A program made the position numbers and the translations under genes. A DNA stretch of 64,000 bases, from positions 4,143,979 through 4,207,978 of the forward strand of contig CAXXXZ010000002.1 of NCBI GenBank assembly GCA_963675725.2. The letters are read 5' to 3'. This DNA comes from Desulfobacterales bacterium. GTDB taxonomy: Bacteria > Desulfobacterota > Desulfobacteria > Desulfobacterales > JAFDDL01. Shown here piece after piece: positions 31,300 through 39,165 of this stretch. Numbering within the stretch: position 1 is the first letter of the stretch; each line of letters opens with the position of its first letter. Under the pieces are notes generated by a model, which was given only the letters and a program-made list of their open reading frames with translations, was not told the DNA's origin and made no database searches.

Positions 31300-31552
31300 T
31301 CGGCAGTCTGTAAATATGTACTCTATAAGATTGAGCAAATCGCCGGCACGGATACCAATGCTTTGGTTCTCGGCGAGACCGGAACCGGCAAAGAGCTGGT
31401 GCGCGAGCCATTCACGGTTTGAGCCTGCGTAAGGACCGCGAACTGGAAAATGTCAACGGGCTGTGATCAGCTCATCCGGACCCAAACTTCGCCTGGTGGA
31501 TGAACTGAATAAGCCGCACAAGGATTTAATAAAGTCTACTCATATCATCTAA
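31300..31552 (+). pseudogene. internally deleted, frameshifted remnant of a third sigma54 activator copy
   Basis: 31316-31446 aligns to the Walker-A region of the intact gene (about 18518-18645). The alignment then jumps to about 19148-19260 (gaactggaaaatgtc...). There is also a 1-nt indel in gctggtgcgcgagccattcacgg. Confidence 0.85.
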
Positions 31553-31572
31553 CAAATTGAAAGGAGAATCCA

Positions 31573-31722
31573 ATGTTGTGGACGATTGCCGTCATACTGG
31601 GAATTCTGTGGCTGTTCGGATTCGTGAGCAGCTACACGATGGGAGGGTTCATTCATATCCTGCTGGTGATTGCCGTTATCGTGGTGCTGATCAATATCAT
31701 CCAGGGCCGGAGAATCAGTTAA
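31573..31722 (+). CDS. lmo0937-family small membrane protein (49 aa, not in ORF track)
   Basis: MLWTIAVILGILWLFGFVSSYTMGGFIHILLVIAVIVVLINIIQGRRIS. AAGGAG RBS. Replaces the out-of-frame track ORF 31557-31751. Confidence 0.8.
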   Translation: MLWTIAVILGILWLFGFVSSYTMGGFIHILLVIAVIVVLINIIQGRRIS

Positions 31723-31761
31723 TCATCAGTAACGTATCAACTCAACCATGAGGAGTTTATT

Positions 31762-32052
31762 GTGAACGAAAAACGAAAAGCCTATGAAGAGAAAATCGAC
31801 GCGCAGATGTCAGAATGGGACGCGCAGATCGATCTGCTGAAGGCCAAGGCGGACAAAGCCAAGGCACAGACGAAGATCGAATACTACAAAACCATCGAAG
31901 CATTGCAGCGCAAGAAAAATGGGGCGGGAACAAAACTACACGAGCTGAAGACTGCAGGAGATGAAGCGTGGGAAGACCTTAAAACAGGCGCTGAAAAGGC
32001 CTGGGATGACGTGAAGACAGCCTTACACAGTGCGACCTCAAAGTTCAAATGA
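31762..32052 (+). CDS. coiled-coil small protein of unknown function
   Basis: 96 aa. GTG start behind GAGGAG. Helical K/A/E-rich sequence. Confidence 0.6.
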   Translation: MNEKRKAYEEKIDAQMSEWDAQIDLLKAKADKAKAQTKIEYYKTIEALQRKKNGAGTKLHELKTAGDEAWEDLKTGAEKAWDDVKTALHSATSKFK

Positions 32053-32145
32053 GTTCAAAGGCCGGACTCACAGGCATGACATTTATGACCCCTGTTGGTG
32101 AAAAAAGAAGACGGTCGATTCCGTAAAATTATCCGCCGTCAACGG

Positions 32146-32246
32146 GTGATCTGGACCCTAAGCGACAAGCCCAGGCTGAAGTAACCGAAGCCGTAAAGGA
32201 AAAAGCCGAAGAAGCCGGGAAAGAGGTAAAAAAGGCAACCGAGTAA
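32146..32246 (+). pseudogene. deletion-junction remnant: radical-SAM 3' fragment fused to lipoprotein 3' fragment
   Basis: 32146-32179 matches 28562-28596 (ctggaccctaagc.acaagccca..ctga). 32178-32246 matches 31159-31225 (gaagtaaccgaagccgtaaaggaaaaagccgaagaagccggg.aagaggtaaaaaaggcaac..agtaa). Confidence 0.8.
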
Positions 32247-32358
32247 AGCATGAAAAAAGTGAATATTGTGTACCACACTCCGGCAGATAAAGGTGCTGCC
32301 GGCAAAGAATTTTAGGGCACCTCGCGATTATCAGAAAAGCGACAGTAAGGGGAAATAT

Positions 32359-32760
32359 ATGAAAACAACCATGGGGCTGTGGATAGATCATCGCAAAGCG
32401 GTGATTGTGTCAGTTTCGGGCAAAGGGGAGGAAATCAGCGTTATCGAATCAAGGGCAGAAAAGCAGCCCGGAAGGTTTGACGGGGTACGTTCGACTACCC
32501 CCTATGAAGCTCAGAAGGTTTCAGCGGATGGCAGGCAGGATAGAAAATTTGCCGATCAACTCAACATCTACTACGATGAGGTCATTTCGGTTCTTCGTGA
32601 CGCCGAATCCATTTTTCTTTTTGGTCCTGGAGAGGCAAAGGGCGAGCTGAAAAAACGTCTAGAAGATGACCATCTCGCTCACCGCATCCAAGCTGTGGAA
32701 ACAGTTGATCAGATGACGGATCGCCAGATTGCAGCGAAGGTCCGGGAGTATTTTCACTGA
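32359..32760 (+). CDS. hypothetical protein, possibly eRF1/Pelota-like (host-attachment/baeRF-type) fold
   Basis: 133 aa. IFLFGPGEAKGELKKRL resembles the GPG..K central motif of eRF1-domain proteins. This is a weak, memory-based call. Confidence 0.45.
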   Translation: MKTTMGLWIDHRKAVIVSVSGKGEEISVIESRAEKQPGRFDGVRSTTPYEAQKVSADGRQDRKFADQLNIYYDEVISVLRDAESIFLFGPGEAKGELKKRLEDDHLAHRIQAVETVDQMTDRQIAAKVREYFH

Positions 32761-32901
32761 TCGATCAGCAGCATCGCCGTAATCATACTTACTATCATCA
32801 TTGTATAGGCCAATTGCCCGAAGGAGGAATTTTTTATTTAGATTAAAGTGCAACGGACTGCCCCCTAAAGACCGCCGGTTATGAAACGCCATTAGAGCGA
32901 A

Positions 32902-32932
32902 GGTCATACTTGACCACTGGTACAATATGACC
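32902..32932. promoter_or_regulatory. palindromic upstream activator sequence (cassette copy 3)
   Basis: GGTCATAC-N15-ATATGACC. Confidence 0.65.
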
Positions 32933-33045
32933 TTTTAACGGTGTTTATTTTGTGATTGCCCATGAGGGCCCGGCAAGTGCTTAGTTAGGCAAATTATTCT
33001 TAAATATCAGGATAATGGATGGTGTGCCGCTGAGTATCAGGAACC

Positions 33046-33063
33046 CGGCACAAAGAATGCATT
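33046..33063 (+). promoter_or_regulatory. sigma54 (-24/-12) promoter, cassette copy 3
   Basis: CCGGCACAAAGAATGCAT with GG-N10-GC spacing. Confidence 0.8.
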
Positions 33064-33103
33064 CATAAAAGATTGAAAGTGGACAAGCAAAGATGAAAGG
33101 AAA

Positions 33104-33301
33104 ATGACGATGCCGTTGATTAATTTAGTGATTACTTTGGTTGTGGTAGGAGTGATTCTTTGGCTGATTAACAACTATATACCCATGCAGGTTACTATAA
33201 AGAAAATTTTGAATGCCGTAGTGGTTATTGTTGTGGTTCTCTGGTTGTTGAGTGCCTTCGGGCTCATAGGGCCTATCTCTGGATTTCGTCTTAAGATGTG
33301 A
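33104..33301 (+). CDS. Thivi_2564-family small membrane protein (paralog of 29219)
   Basis: MTMPLINLVITLVVVGVILWLINNYIPMQVTIKKILNAVVVIVVVLWLLSAFGLIGP. The start may be ATG 33110. Confidence 0.8.
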   Translation: MTMPLINLVITLVVVGVILWLINNYIPMQVTIKKILNAVVVIVVVLWLLSAFGLIGPISGFRLKM

Positions 33302-33361
33302 AGTCTTCGAAAGTAAAGAAAAGGGATTTCAAATTTGATGGTCTCGTAAAAAGTCAATATA

Positions 33362-33459
33362 TCACGCAAAGCCGCAGATAAGCGAAGACTTCGAAGAACG
33401 CCAAGAAGAATCTTTTAATATTAGGCAGTTAGCTTTGCGGGCTTCGCGGCTTTGCGTGA
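33362..33459. repeat. 14-bp perfect inverted repeat with 70-nt spacer (REP/MITE-like element)
   Basis: TCACGCAAAGCCGC (33362-75) pairs with GCGGCTTTGCGTGA (33446-59). The interior carries GCGAAG/CTTCGAAG motifs. Confidence 0.6.
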
Positions 33460-33590
33460 GAAAAGTAGTTTTTACGATGTTGTCAAATTTGAGATCCGAA
33501 GGATGGCCCTGACGAGGGAATAACGGCGTTGCGGCAGCACCGGTGCGAAGCAGAATTTGATGAGATTTATAAAATAGGAGGGACTGTGCA

Positions 33591-34166
33591 ATGAAATCAA
33601 ACCAAGTAACGGACCTGATGGTGCCGCTTTCCGAGTATGCCACGGTCCCCGAAACGGCCTCTTTGCTTGAGGCTGTAAAGGTGTTGAAAAAGACTCAAGC
33701 CGCGTTTGGCCAAGATCGGTACAAACATCGGGCTATTCTGGTGTTTGACGGAAACAATCATTTTGTCGGCAAGTTGAGCCAGCATGATGTGATCGAAGCC
33801 CTCGAGCCCAACTACAAGAAAATGAAAAGTTCCGTGGATCATGGATCCGTGCACCGCATGGGTTTCAGTCGCGATTTTGCAAATTCGGCCTTGGAACAAT
33901 ACCACCTATGGGAAACAGCCCTTGAAAATCTCTGCGATAAAGCAATTCACTTGAAGGTTAAAAACATCATGTATGCCCCCGGCGAGGATGAGTTCGTCAA
34001 TGAGGGCACCACCATGGATGAGGCCATTCACCGGTTGATCATCGGACATCACCACTCCTTGCTGGTGACGGCAGACCGGGATGCAAGTGAAATCGTCGGT
34101 GTCCTCAGACTCGTGGATGTCTTTGAGTTCGTAAGCAACGCGATGCAGGAATGTTTGCCGGAGTAG
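33591..34166 (+). CDS. CBS-domain pair protein
   Basis: Two CBS-like units (VTDLMVPLSEYATV...ILVFDGNNHFVGKLSQHDV and IMYAPGEDEFV...LLVTADRDASEIVGVLRLVDV). Confidence 0.75.
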   Translation: MKSNQVTDLMVPLSEYATVPETASLLEAVKVLKKTQAAFGQDRYKHRAILVFDGNNHFVGKLSQHDVIEALEPNYKKMKSSVDHGSVHRMGFSRDFANSALEQYHLWETALENLCDKAIHLKVKNIMYAPGEDEFVNEGTTMDEAIHRLIIGHHHSLLVTADRDASEIVGVLRLVDVFEFVSNAMQECLPE

Positions 34167-34231
34167 AGAACACCGAATGTAAGACTCAGCATTTTAACAG
34201 CTACTTTTTATTGCACAGGGAGGATTCAGGT

Positions 34232-34942
34232 ATGAGAGAAAAAATGATTTCGATTCTTTTTGTTTTGGTTTTTGGGGTGACTGGATGTGCGGGGACGCAT
34301 TTCGGCGTCGCGGACCGGGCGATGATCCTACCGTCTGATGTCGCGCAAACAGAGGATGCCATAGCACAATCCGAAAAATCGGCGGGCGCGAAATACTGTC
34401 CGGATAAGATCGCCAATGCTAGGGCGCTGGCCAAAGAGGCGATGAATGTTTACTGGTCCTGCCAAACCACCAAGGCCATGGGGATGTTGGCCGATGCGCG
34501 AAAAATGGCCCAAGAGGCCGAATCCTGTCAGCCGCCTCCCCCGGCACCCATAGCACCTGCCCCGGCACCAGTAGCGCCTGACCCACCGGCCCCGGTTGTG
34601 AATCAGCCCATCAAGTTTCGCTCTGTGACTTTTGATTTCGATAGATCGAAACTAAAGACCGCCTCCATGGCTGAACTCGATGAGGTCGCGAAGAGTATGC
34701 AGGAGAACCCGGATGTAATACTGGAAATTCAAGGATATACGGATAGTAAGGGGTCCGATGCTTATAATAAAAAGCTGGGAACCAGAAGGGCCGATTCAGT
34801 ATCAATTTATTTAAAATCAAAGGGGGTTACATCTGATCGCCTGAAAACGGTCAGCTTTGGAGAGGGAAAGCCTGTTGCAACGAATGATACGGAAGAGGGC
34901 CGTTCTCTGAACCGCCGGGTGGAACTGGTCAATATTAAATAG
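34232..34942 (+). CDS. OmpA-family lipoprotein with Pro/Ala linker
   Basis: Lipobox VTGC. Linker PPPPAPIAPAPAPVAPDPPAP. OmpA_C motifs GYTDSKGSDAYNKKLGTRRA...NRRVEL. Confidence 0.88.
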   Translation: MREKMISILFVLVFGVTGCAGTHFGVADRAMILPSDVAQTEDAIAQSEKSAGAKYCPDKIANARALAKEAMNVYWSCQTTKAMGMLADARKMAQEAESCQPPPPAPIAPAPAPVAPDPPAPVVNQPIKFRSVTFDFDRSKLKTASMAELDEVAKSMQENPDVILEIQGYTDSKGSDAYNKKLGTRRADSVSIYLKSKGVTSDRLKTVSFGEGKPVATNDTEEGRSLNRRVELVNIK

Positions 34943-34958
34943 TGTCCATCCAGAATTC

Positions 34959-34976
34959 TGGCATGAAGTTTGAGTA
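34959..34976 (+). promoter_or_regulatory. sigma54-like element with non-canonical -12 (TTGA)
   Basis: TGGCATGAAGTTTGAGTAT closely resembles the degenerate cassette-4 element TGGCACAAATATTGAGTAT. It lacks the GC dinucleotide. Confidence 0.25.
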
Positions 34977-35062
34977 TCTAAATAGAGTTGCGTTAAAACG
35001 CCAACGTTCTTGGAGGAGTGGTCAACGCCCAGTTGGCGTCAACGTACAACAGGAGTAACGCC

Positions 35063-35293
35063 ATGAAAGAGATTATTAAAGCCATAGCACAAGCCCTGGT
35101 GGATCAACCCGAACTTGTAACCGTTACGGAAATCGGCAGTGCGAATACGTTGATCCTGGAGCTCAGCGTCGCAAAAGAGGATATTGGAAAAATCATCGGC
35201 AAGCAGGGACGGACCGCAAGTGCCATAAGGACCCTGTTAAGCGCTGCATCGGGGAAGGTAAAAAGAAGAACCGTGCTTGAAATCATAGATTAA
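35063..35293 (+). CDS. KH-domain RNA-binding protein (YlqC/UPF0109 type)
   Basis: VAKEDIGKIIGKQGRTASAIRTLL contains the GxxG KH loop. 76 aa. Confidence 0.85.
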   Translation: MKEIIKAIAQALVDQPELVTVTEIGSANTLILELSVAKEDIGKIIGKQGRTASAIRTLLSAASGKVKRRTVLEIID

Positions 35294-35328
35294 CCCAAAC
35301 AAGTTAGCGTTTCAGAGAGGTGATCGCA

Positions 35329-35673
35329 ATGATTGTTGTAAGAATCACCATGAACGTACTTCCGGAAAAGCAATTGGAGCTTGTGCAAACCCTAATCTCC
35401 ATGATCGGACCGGCGGGAAAGGAAACAGGATGCATGAGTTATGCCGTTTTTTGCGATATTGAGGACAAAAACTGTATCAGCCTGCTGCAGGAGTGGAAGA
35501 CTCGCGAAAATCTGGACCAGCATCTGCGCTCGCAACGATTCGGCGTGTTATTGGGAACTAAAGCCCTGTTATGCGAACCGCCGACGATTCAAATTCACAC
35601 GGTTTCCCAATCGGAAGGAATGGCGGCGGTTGATGCCTTGAGAAGCAAAAAACAAATGAACAAAGGAGAATGA
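35329..35673 (+). CDS. ABM (antibiotic-biosynthesis-monooxygenase-like) domain protein
   Basis: Ferredoxin-like ABM pattern with CISLLQEWKTRENLDQHLRS. Confidence 0.65.
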   Translation: MIVVRITMNVLPEKQLELVQTLISMIGPAGKETGCMSYAVFCDIEDKNCISLLQEWKTRENLDQHLRSQRFGVLLGTKALLCEPPTIQIHTVSQSEGMAAVDALRSKKQMNKGE

Positions 35674-35674
35674 C

Positions 35675-35794
35675 ATGGGTGACAAGGGAAAAAAAGATAA
35701 GGGCAAACGAGAAGATCAGAAAAAAAGCAAGCAGACACCTAAGGAGAAACGGAAGGAAAAACACGATAAAAAGAAATCAATTTGGGCAGCTTGA
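35675..35794 (+). CDS. Lys-rich microprotein (39 aa, not in ORF track)
   Basis: MGDKGKKDKGKREDQKKSKQTPKEKRKEKHDKKKSIWAA. AAGGAG RBS. Paralog at 41741 with the same RBS context, AAGGAGAATGA(C/G)ATGG. Confidence 0.55.
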   Translation: MGDKGKKDKGKREDQKKSKQTPKEKRKEKHDKKKSIWAA

Positions 35795-35824
35795 AGATAA
35801 AGGTAAAGGGAATAGGGTGCGGTT

Positions 35825-38131
35825 ATGTCATCTGTTATAAAGTATTATGAGGGGATCGATTCGGTTGCCGTCATCGGGAATTATTTACCCCGTCAGTGCG
35901 GTATCGCGACCTTCACCACGGATCTGGTGGAGGGCATTTCGGCAGAAGCTCCTAATATTCAATGCTGGGCGGCGGCCATGAACGACAAGCCCGAGGGGTA
36001 TCCATATCCGGAAAAAGTGCGTTTTGAAATAAGCCGGAACAAGTTAAGCGATTACAGCGTCGCCTCTCAGTTTCTTAATATCAGTCAGACGGATATTGTC
36101 TGCGTGCAGCATGAATACGGGCTTTTCGGCGGAGCGGCCGGTAGTCATCTTCTGAAACTCTTGGGGGATCTGCGAATGCCGGTGGTTACAACATTACATA
36201 CGGTGTTGAAGGACCCTGCGCCGGAATATCGTGCCGTCATGAGCAAGCTATCCGACTTGTCCGACAAGTTGGTGGTGATGAGCCATAAGGCAGTTGACTT
36301 CTTAAAAGATATCTATGACGTGCCTGAGGATAAAATTGCCTTTATCCATCATGGTATTCCGGACACGCCGTTTATAGATTCGAGTTTTAACAAAGACAAG
36401 TTCGGTGTGGAAGGCAGAAAGGTGCTGCTCACCTTCGGTCTGCTTTCCCCCAATAAGGGCATTGAAAATGTATTGAAAGCGCTTCCGGGGATCATAAAAA
36501 AACATCCGGAAGTAGTCTATATTGTCCTAGGTGCAACCCACCCGAATATTTTAAAACTTCATGGGGATGAATACCGTATCATGCTGCAGCAGCTCGTGCG
36601 CAAACTCGGCATCGGCGAACATGTCATTTTCCAAAATCGTTTTGTTGAACTAAAAGAATTGTGTGAGTTTCTAAGCGTCGCCGATATATACATAACCCCT
36701 TATCTTGAAGAGGCCCAGATTACCTCCGGAACCCTCGCCTATGCCATGGGCACAGGCAAAGCCGTTATTTCAACGCCCTACTGGTATGCCGCCGAGATGC
36801 TTGCCGAGGGCCGGGGCCGATTGGCACCCTTCCACAATACGCATGCCATGGAGGAACAAATTATCGATCTTCTGAATAACGATATGGAACGGCACGCCAT
36901 ACGAAAAAAAGCCTATATGTTCACCCGCGATGCAATCTGGAAGGAAGTATCCCGAAAATACCTCCAGGTATTCAGTGAAGTGCTGCTAAATCGCACCCGT
37001 AACCCCCGGCCACGGCATTCCTATGTTGAAAACATCAAAGCGATCACGAATTTCGAACTCCCGGAAATCAAGCTCGATCACATGAAGGCCCTTACCGATG
37101 ATACCGGCATTCTGCAACATGCAAACCATACCATTCCTGACCGCATGTACGGCTATTGCACTGATGATAATGCCAGGGCCCTGCTGGTGGCCGCTATGGG
37201 CCAAAAATATCTGCCGACAAACGGATTGGGACTCGATTCTCTCAGCGGTCATTATCTCGGGTTTCTTCTTTATGCCTACAATGATCAGGAAGGACGCTTT
37301 CGGAATTTTATGACCTATTCACGGCAGTGGGCGGAGGAGATAGGATCCGAGGATGCCCATGGTAGAGCGATCTGGAGTCTTGGCAAAGCAGTGGCTTTCC
37401 TTCAAAATTCCGGGCATCTTGCAATGAGCACAACCCTTTTCAAAAAGGCTCTCAGGGCTGTTGAGAATTTTAATTCTCCCCGCGCCGTTGCTTTTTCTCT
37501 GGTGGGTCTGATTGCTTACCTCGATAAATTTTCCGGGGACAGTGATGTGCGAAGGGCCATGGAAGTTCTGGCCGAAAGGCTTTTCAGCCAGTTTAAAAGC
37601 AATGCAACAGACGATTGGCCCTGGCTTGAGGAGGCTCTAAATTATGCAAATGGCAAACTGCTCCAAGCATTGCTGTCGTCAGGTTATCGACTGCAACGAA
37701 ACGATATGATCGATATGGGACTTAAGTCTCTCAAATGGCTGCTTGCCGTTCAAACCGAAGATAAACATTTTGTGCCCGTCGGCAGCAATGGTTGGTATAA
37801 AAAAGGCGGGCCCAGGGCTCGCTTCGACCAGCAACCCCTTGAAGCCAGCGCCATGGTTGAAGTCTGCGTTGAAGCATTTAATATTACCAGGGACCGCACA
37901 TGGTTTGAGAACGCGGCCATGTGCTTCAATTGGTTTCTCGGACACAACGACCTGAATATGTCCCTTTATGATCCCAAGACCGGCGGCTGCCGGGATGGCT
38001 TGATGGCGGACGGCATCAACCAGAATGAAGGCGCCGAGTCTTCCCTTGCCTGGCTGATTTCCCTGATGACATTGCAAAAACTATATGCCGACGAAATCTT
38101 AAACCAGTGGCCGTTACAGAAAACCAAATAA
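35825..38131 (+). CDS. GT4 (group 1) glycosyltransferase fused to a C-terminal helical, six-hairpin-glycosidase-like domain
   Basis: N-terminal GT-B fold (VLLTFGLLSPNKGIE..., ITPYLEEAQITSGTLAYAMGTGKAVISTP). The C-terminal ~370 aa is alpha-helical with NQNEGAESSLAWLISL. Confidence 0.75.
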   Translation: MSSVIKYYEGIDSVAVIGNYLPRQCGIATFTTDLVEGISAEAPNIQCWAAAMNDKPEGYPYPEKVRFEISRNKLSDYSVASQFLNISQTDIVCVQHEYGLFGGAAGSHLLKLLGDLRMPVVTTLHTVLKDPAPEYRAVMSKLSDLSDKLVVMSHKAVDFLKDIYDVPEDKIAFIHHGIPDTPFIDSSFNKDKFGVEGRKVLLTFGLLSPNKGIENVLKALPGIIKKHPEVVYIVLGATHPNILKLHGDEYRIMLQQLVRKLGIGEHVIFQNRFVELKELCEFLSVADIYITPYLEEAQITSGTLAYAMGTGKAVISTPYWYAAEMLAEGRGRLAPFHNTHAMEEQIIDLLNNDMERHAIRKKAYMFTRDAIWKEVSRKYLQVFSEVLLNRTRNPRPRHSYVENIKAITNFELPEIKLDHMKALTDDTGILQHANHTIPDRMYGYCTDDNARALLVAAMGQKYLPTNGLGLDSLSGHYLGFLLYAYNDQEGRFRNFMTYSRQWAEEIGSEDAHGRAIWSLGKAVAFLQNSGHLAMSTTLFKKALRAVENFNSPRAVAFSLVGLIAYLDKFSGDSDVRRAMEVLAERLFSQFKSNATDDWPWLEEALNYANGKLLQALLSSGYRLQRNDMIDMGLKSLKWLLAVQTEDKHFVPVGSNGWYKKGGPRARFDQQPLEASAMVEVCVEAFNITRDRTWFENAAMCFNWFLGHNDLNMSLYDPKTGGCRDGLMADGINQNEGAESSLAWLISLMTLQKLYADEILNQWPLQKTK

Positions 38132-38145
38132 CAAAAGGATCCGCC

Positions 38146-39165
38146 ATGCGCGTTGCCATGCTCGCACCCATTGCCTGGCGCACCCCACCGCGGCATTATG
38201 GGCCGTGGGAAAACGTAGCCTCCCTGTTAACCGAAGGGCTGGTATCGAACGGTCATGATGTTACCCTGTTTGCAACCGCGGATTCGAAAACAAGTGGCAC
38301 ACTACATGCCGTTTGTCCTAAGGGCTATGAAGAAGACCGATCCCTCATACCAAAGGTGTGGGAGAGCCTTCATATTGCAGAGCTCTTTGAGCAGGCGGAT
38401 GGGTACGACATCATCCATAACCATTTTGACTATCTCCCGTTAACCTATTCCTGCATGACCACCATTCCGGTGGTGACCACTATTCACGGGTTTTCTTCAC
38501 CTGGTATTCTGCCGGTTTATAAAAAATATAACCGGAAGGTATTCTATGTTTCCATCAGTGATGCCGATCGGTCGCGGGATCTTGATTACATCAAAACCAT
38601 CCATCACGGTATTGATATAAGACAATTTGATTTTCAACGCGCTCCGGATAATTATCTGCTTTTTTTTGGGCGCATACACCAAGACAAGGGGACCCGGGAG
38701 GCGATAGAAATCGCCGAGGCCTGCAACAAAAAGCTGATATTGGCCGGCATTATCCAGGATCAGACTTACTATGACCAACATGTCGCCCCTCGGGTAGACA
38801 ACGACAAGGTGGTTTATATCGGCAGCGTTGGTCCCACCGCGCGCAGCGAGCTGCTCGGCAAGGCTTGCGCGTTACTTCACCCGATACGGTTCGATGAGCC
38901 CTTCGGACTGTCTGTTATCGAAGCCATGGCCTGCGGAACGCCTGTGATCGCTTTTGATAGGGGCAGCATGCCAGAGCTTATCGAAAACGGTAAAAGCGGT
39001 TTTTTGGTGAGCACCGTGGGAGAAGCCGTTAAGGCGGTTGCACGGATTGGTGAGATTGACCGCGCAGCCTGTCGACGCCGGGTTGAGTGGGACTTCAGCG
39101 TCGAGCGCATGGTCAATGAATATATCCATGTCTATGAAATGATTTTACAGGGAAAATCCCTATGA
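38146..39165 (+). CDS. GT4 (group 1) glycosyltransferase
   Basis: MRVAMLAPIAW N-terminus. EX7E region FGLSVIEAMACGTPVIAFDRGSMPELIENGKSGFLV. Confidence 0.85.
   Translation: MRVAMLAPIAWRTPPRHYGPWENVASLLTEGLVSNGHDVTLFATADSKTSGTLHAVCPKGYEEDRSLIPKVWESLHIAELFEQADGYDIIHNHFDYLPLTYSCMTTIPVVTTIHGFSSPGILPVYKKYNRKVFYVSISDADRSRDLDYIKTIHHGIDIRQFDFQRAPDNYLLFFGRIHQDKGTREAIEIAEACNKKLILAGIIQDQTYYDQHVAPRVDNDKVVYIGSVGPTARSELLGKACALLHPIRFDEPFGLSVIEAMACGTPVIAFDRGSMPELIENGKSGFLVSTVGEAVKAVARIGEIDRAACRRRVEWDFSVERMVNEYIHVYEMILQGKSL

Noticed and set aside
31557-31751. Track ORF of 64 aa (TTG start).
   Set aside because: A different frame at 31573-31722 encodes a clean lmo0937-family paralog with an AAGGAG RBS. The track ORF has no features.
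38295-38310. TGGCACACTACATGC with correct GG-N10-GC spacing.
   Set aside because: It lies well inside the GT4 coding sequence with no UAS or A/T spacer, so it is most likely a chance match.
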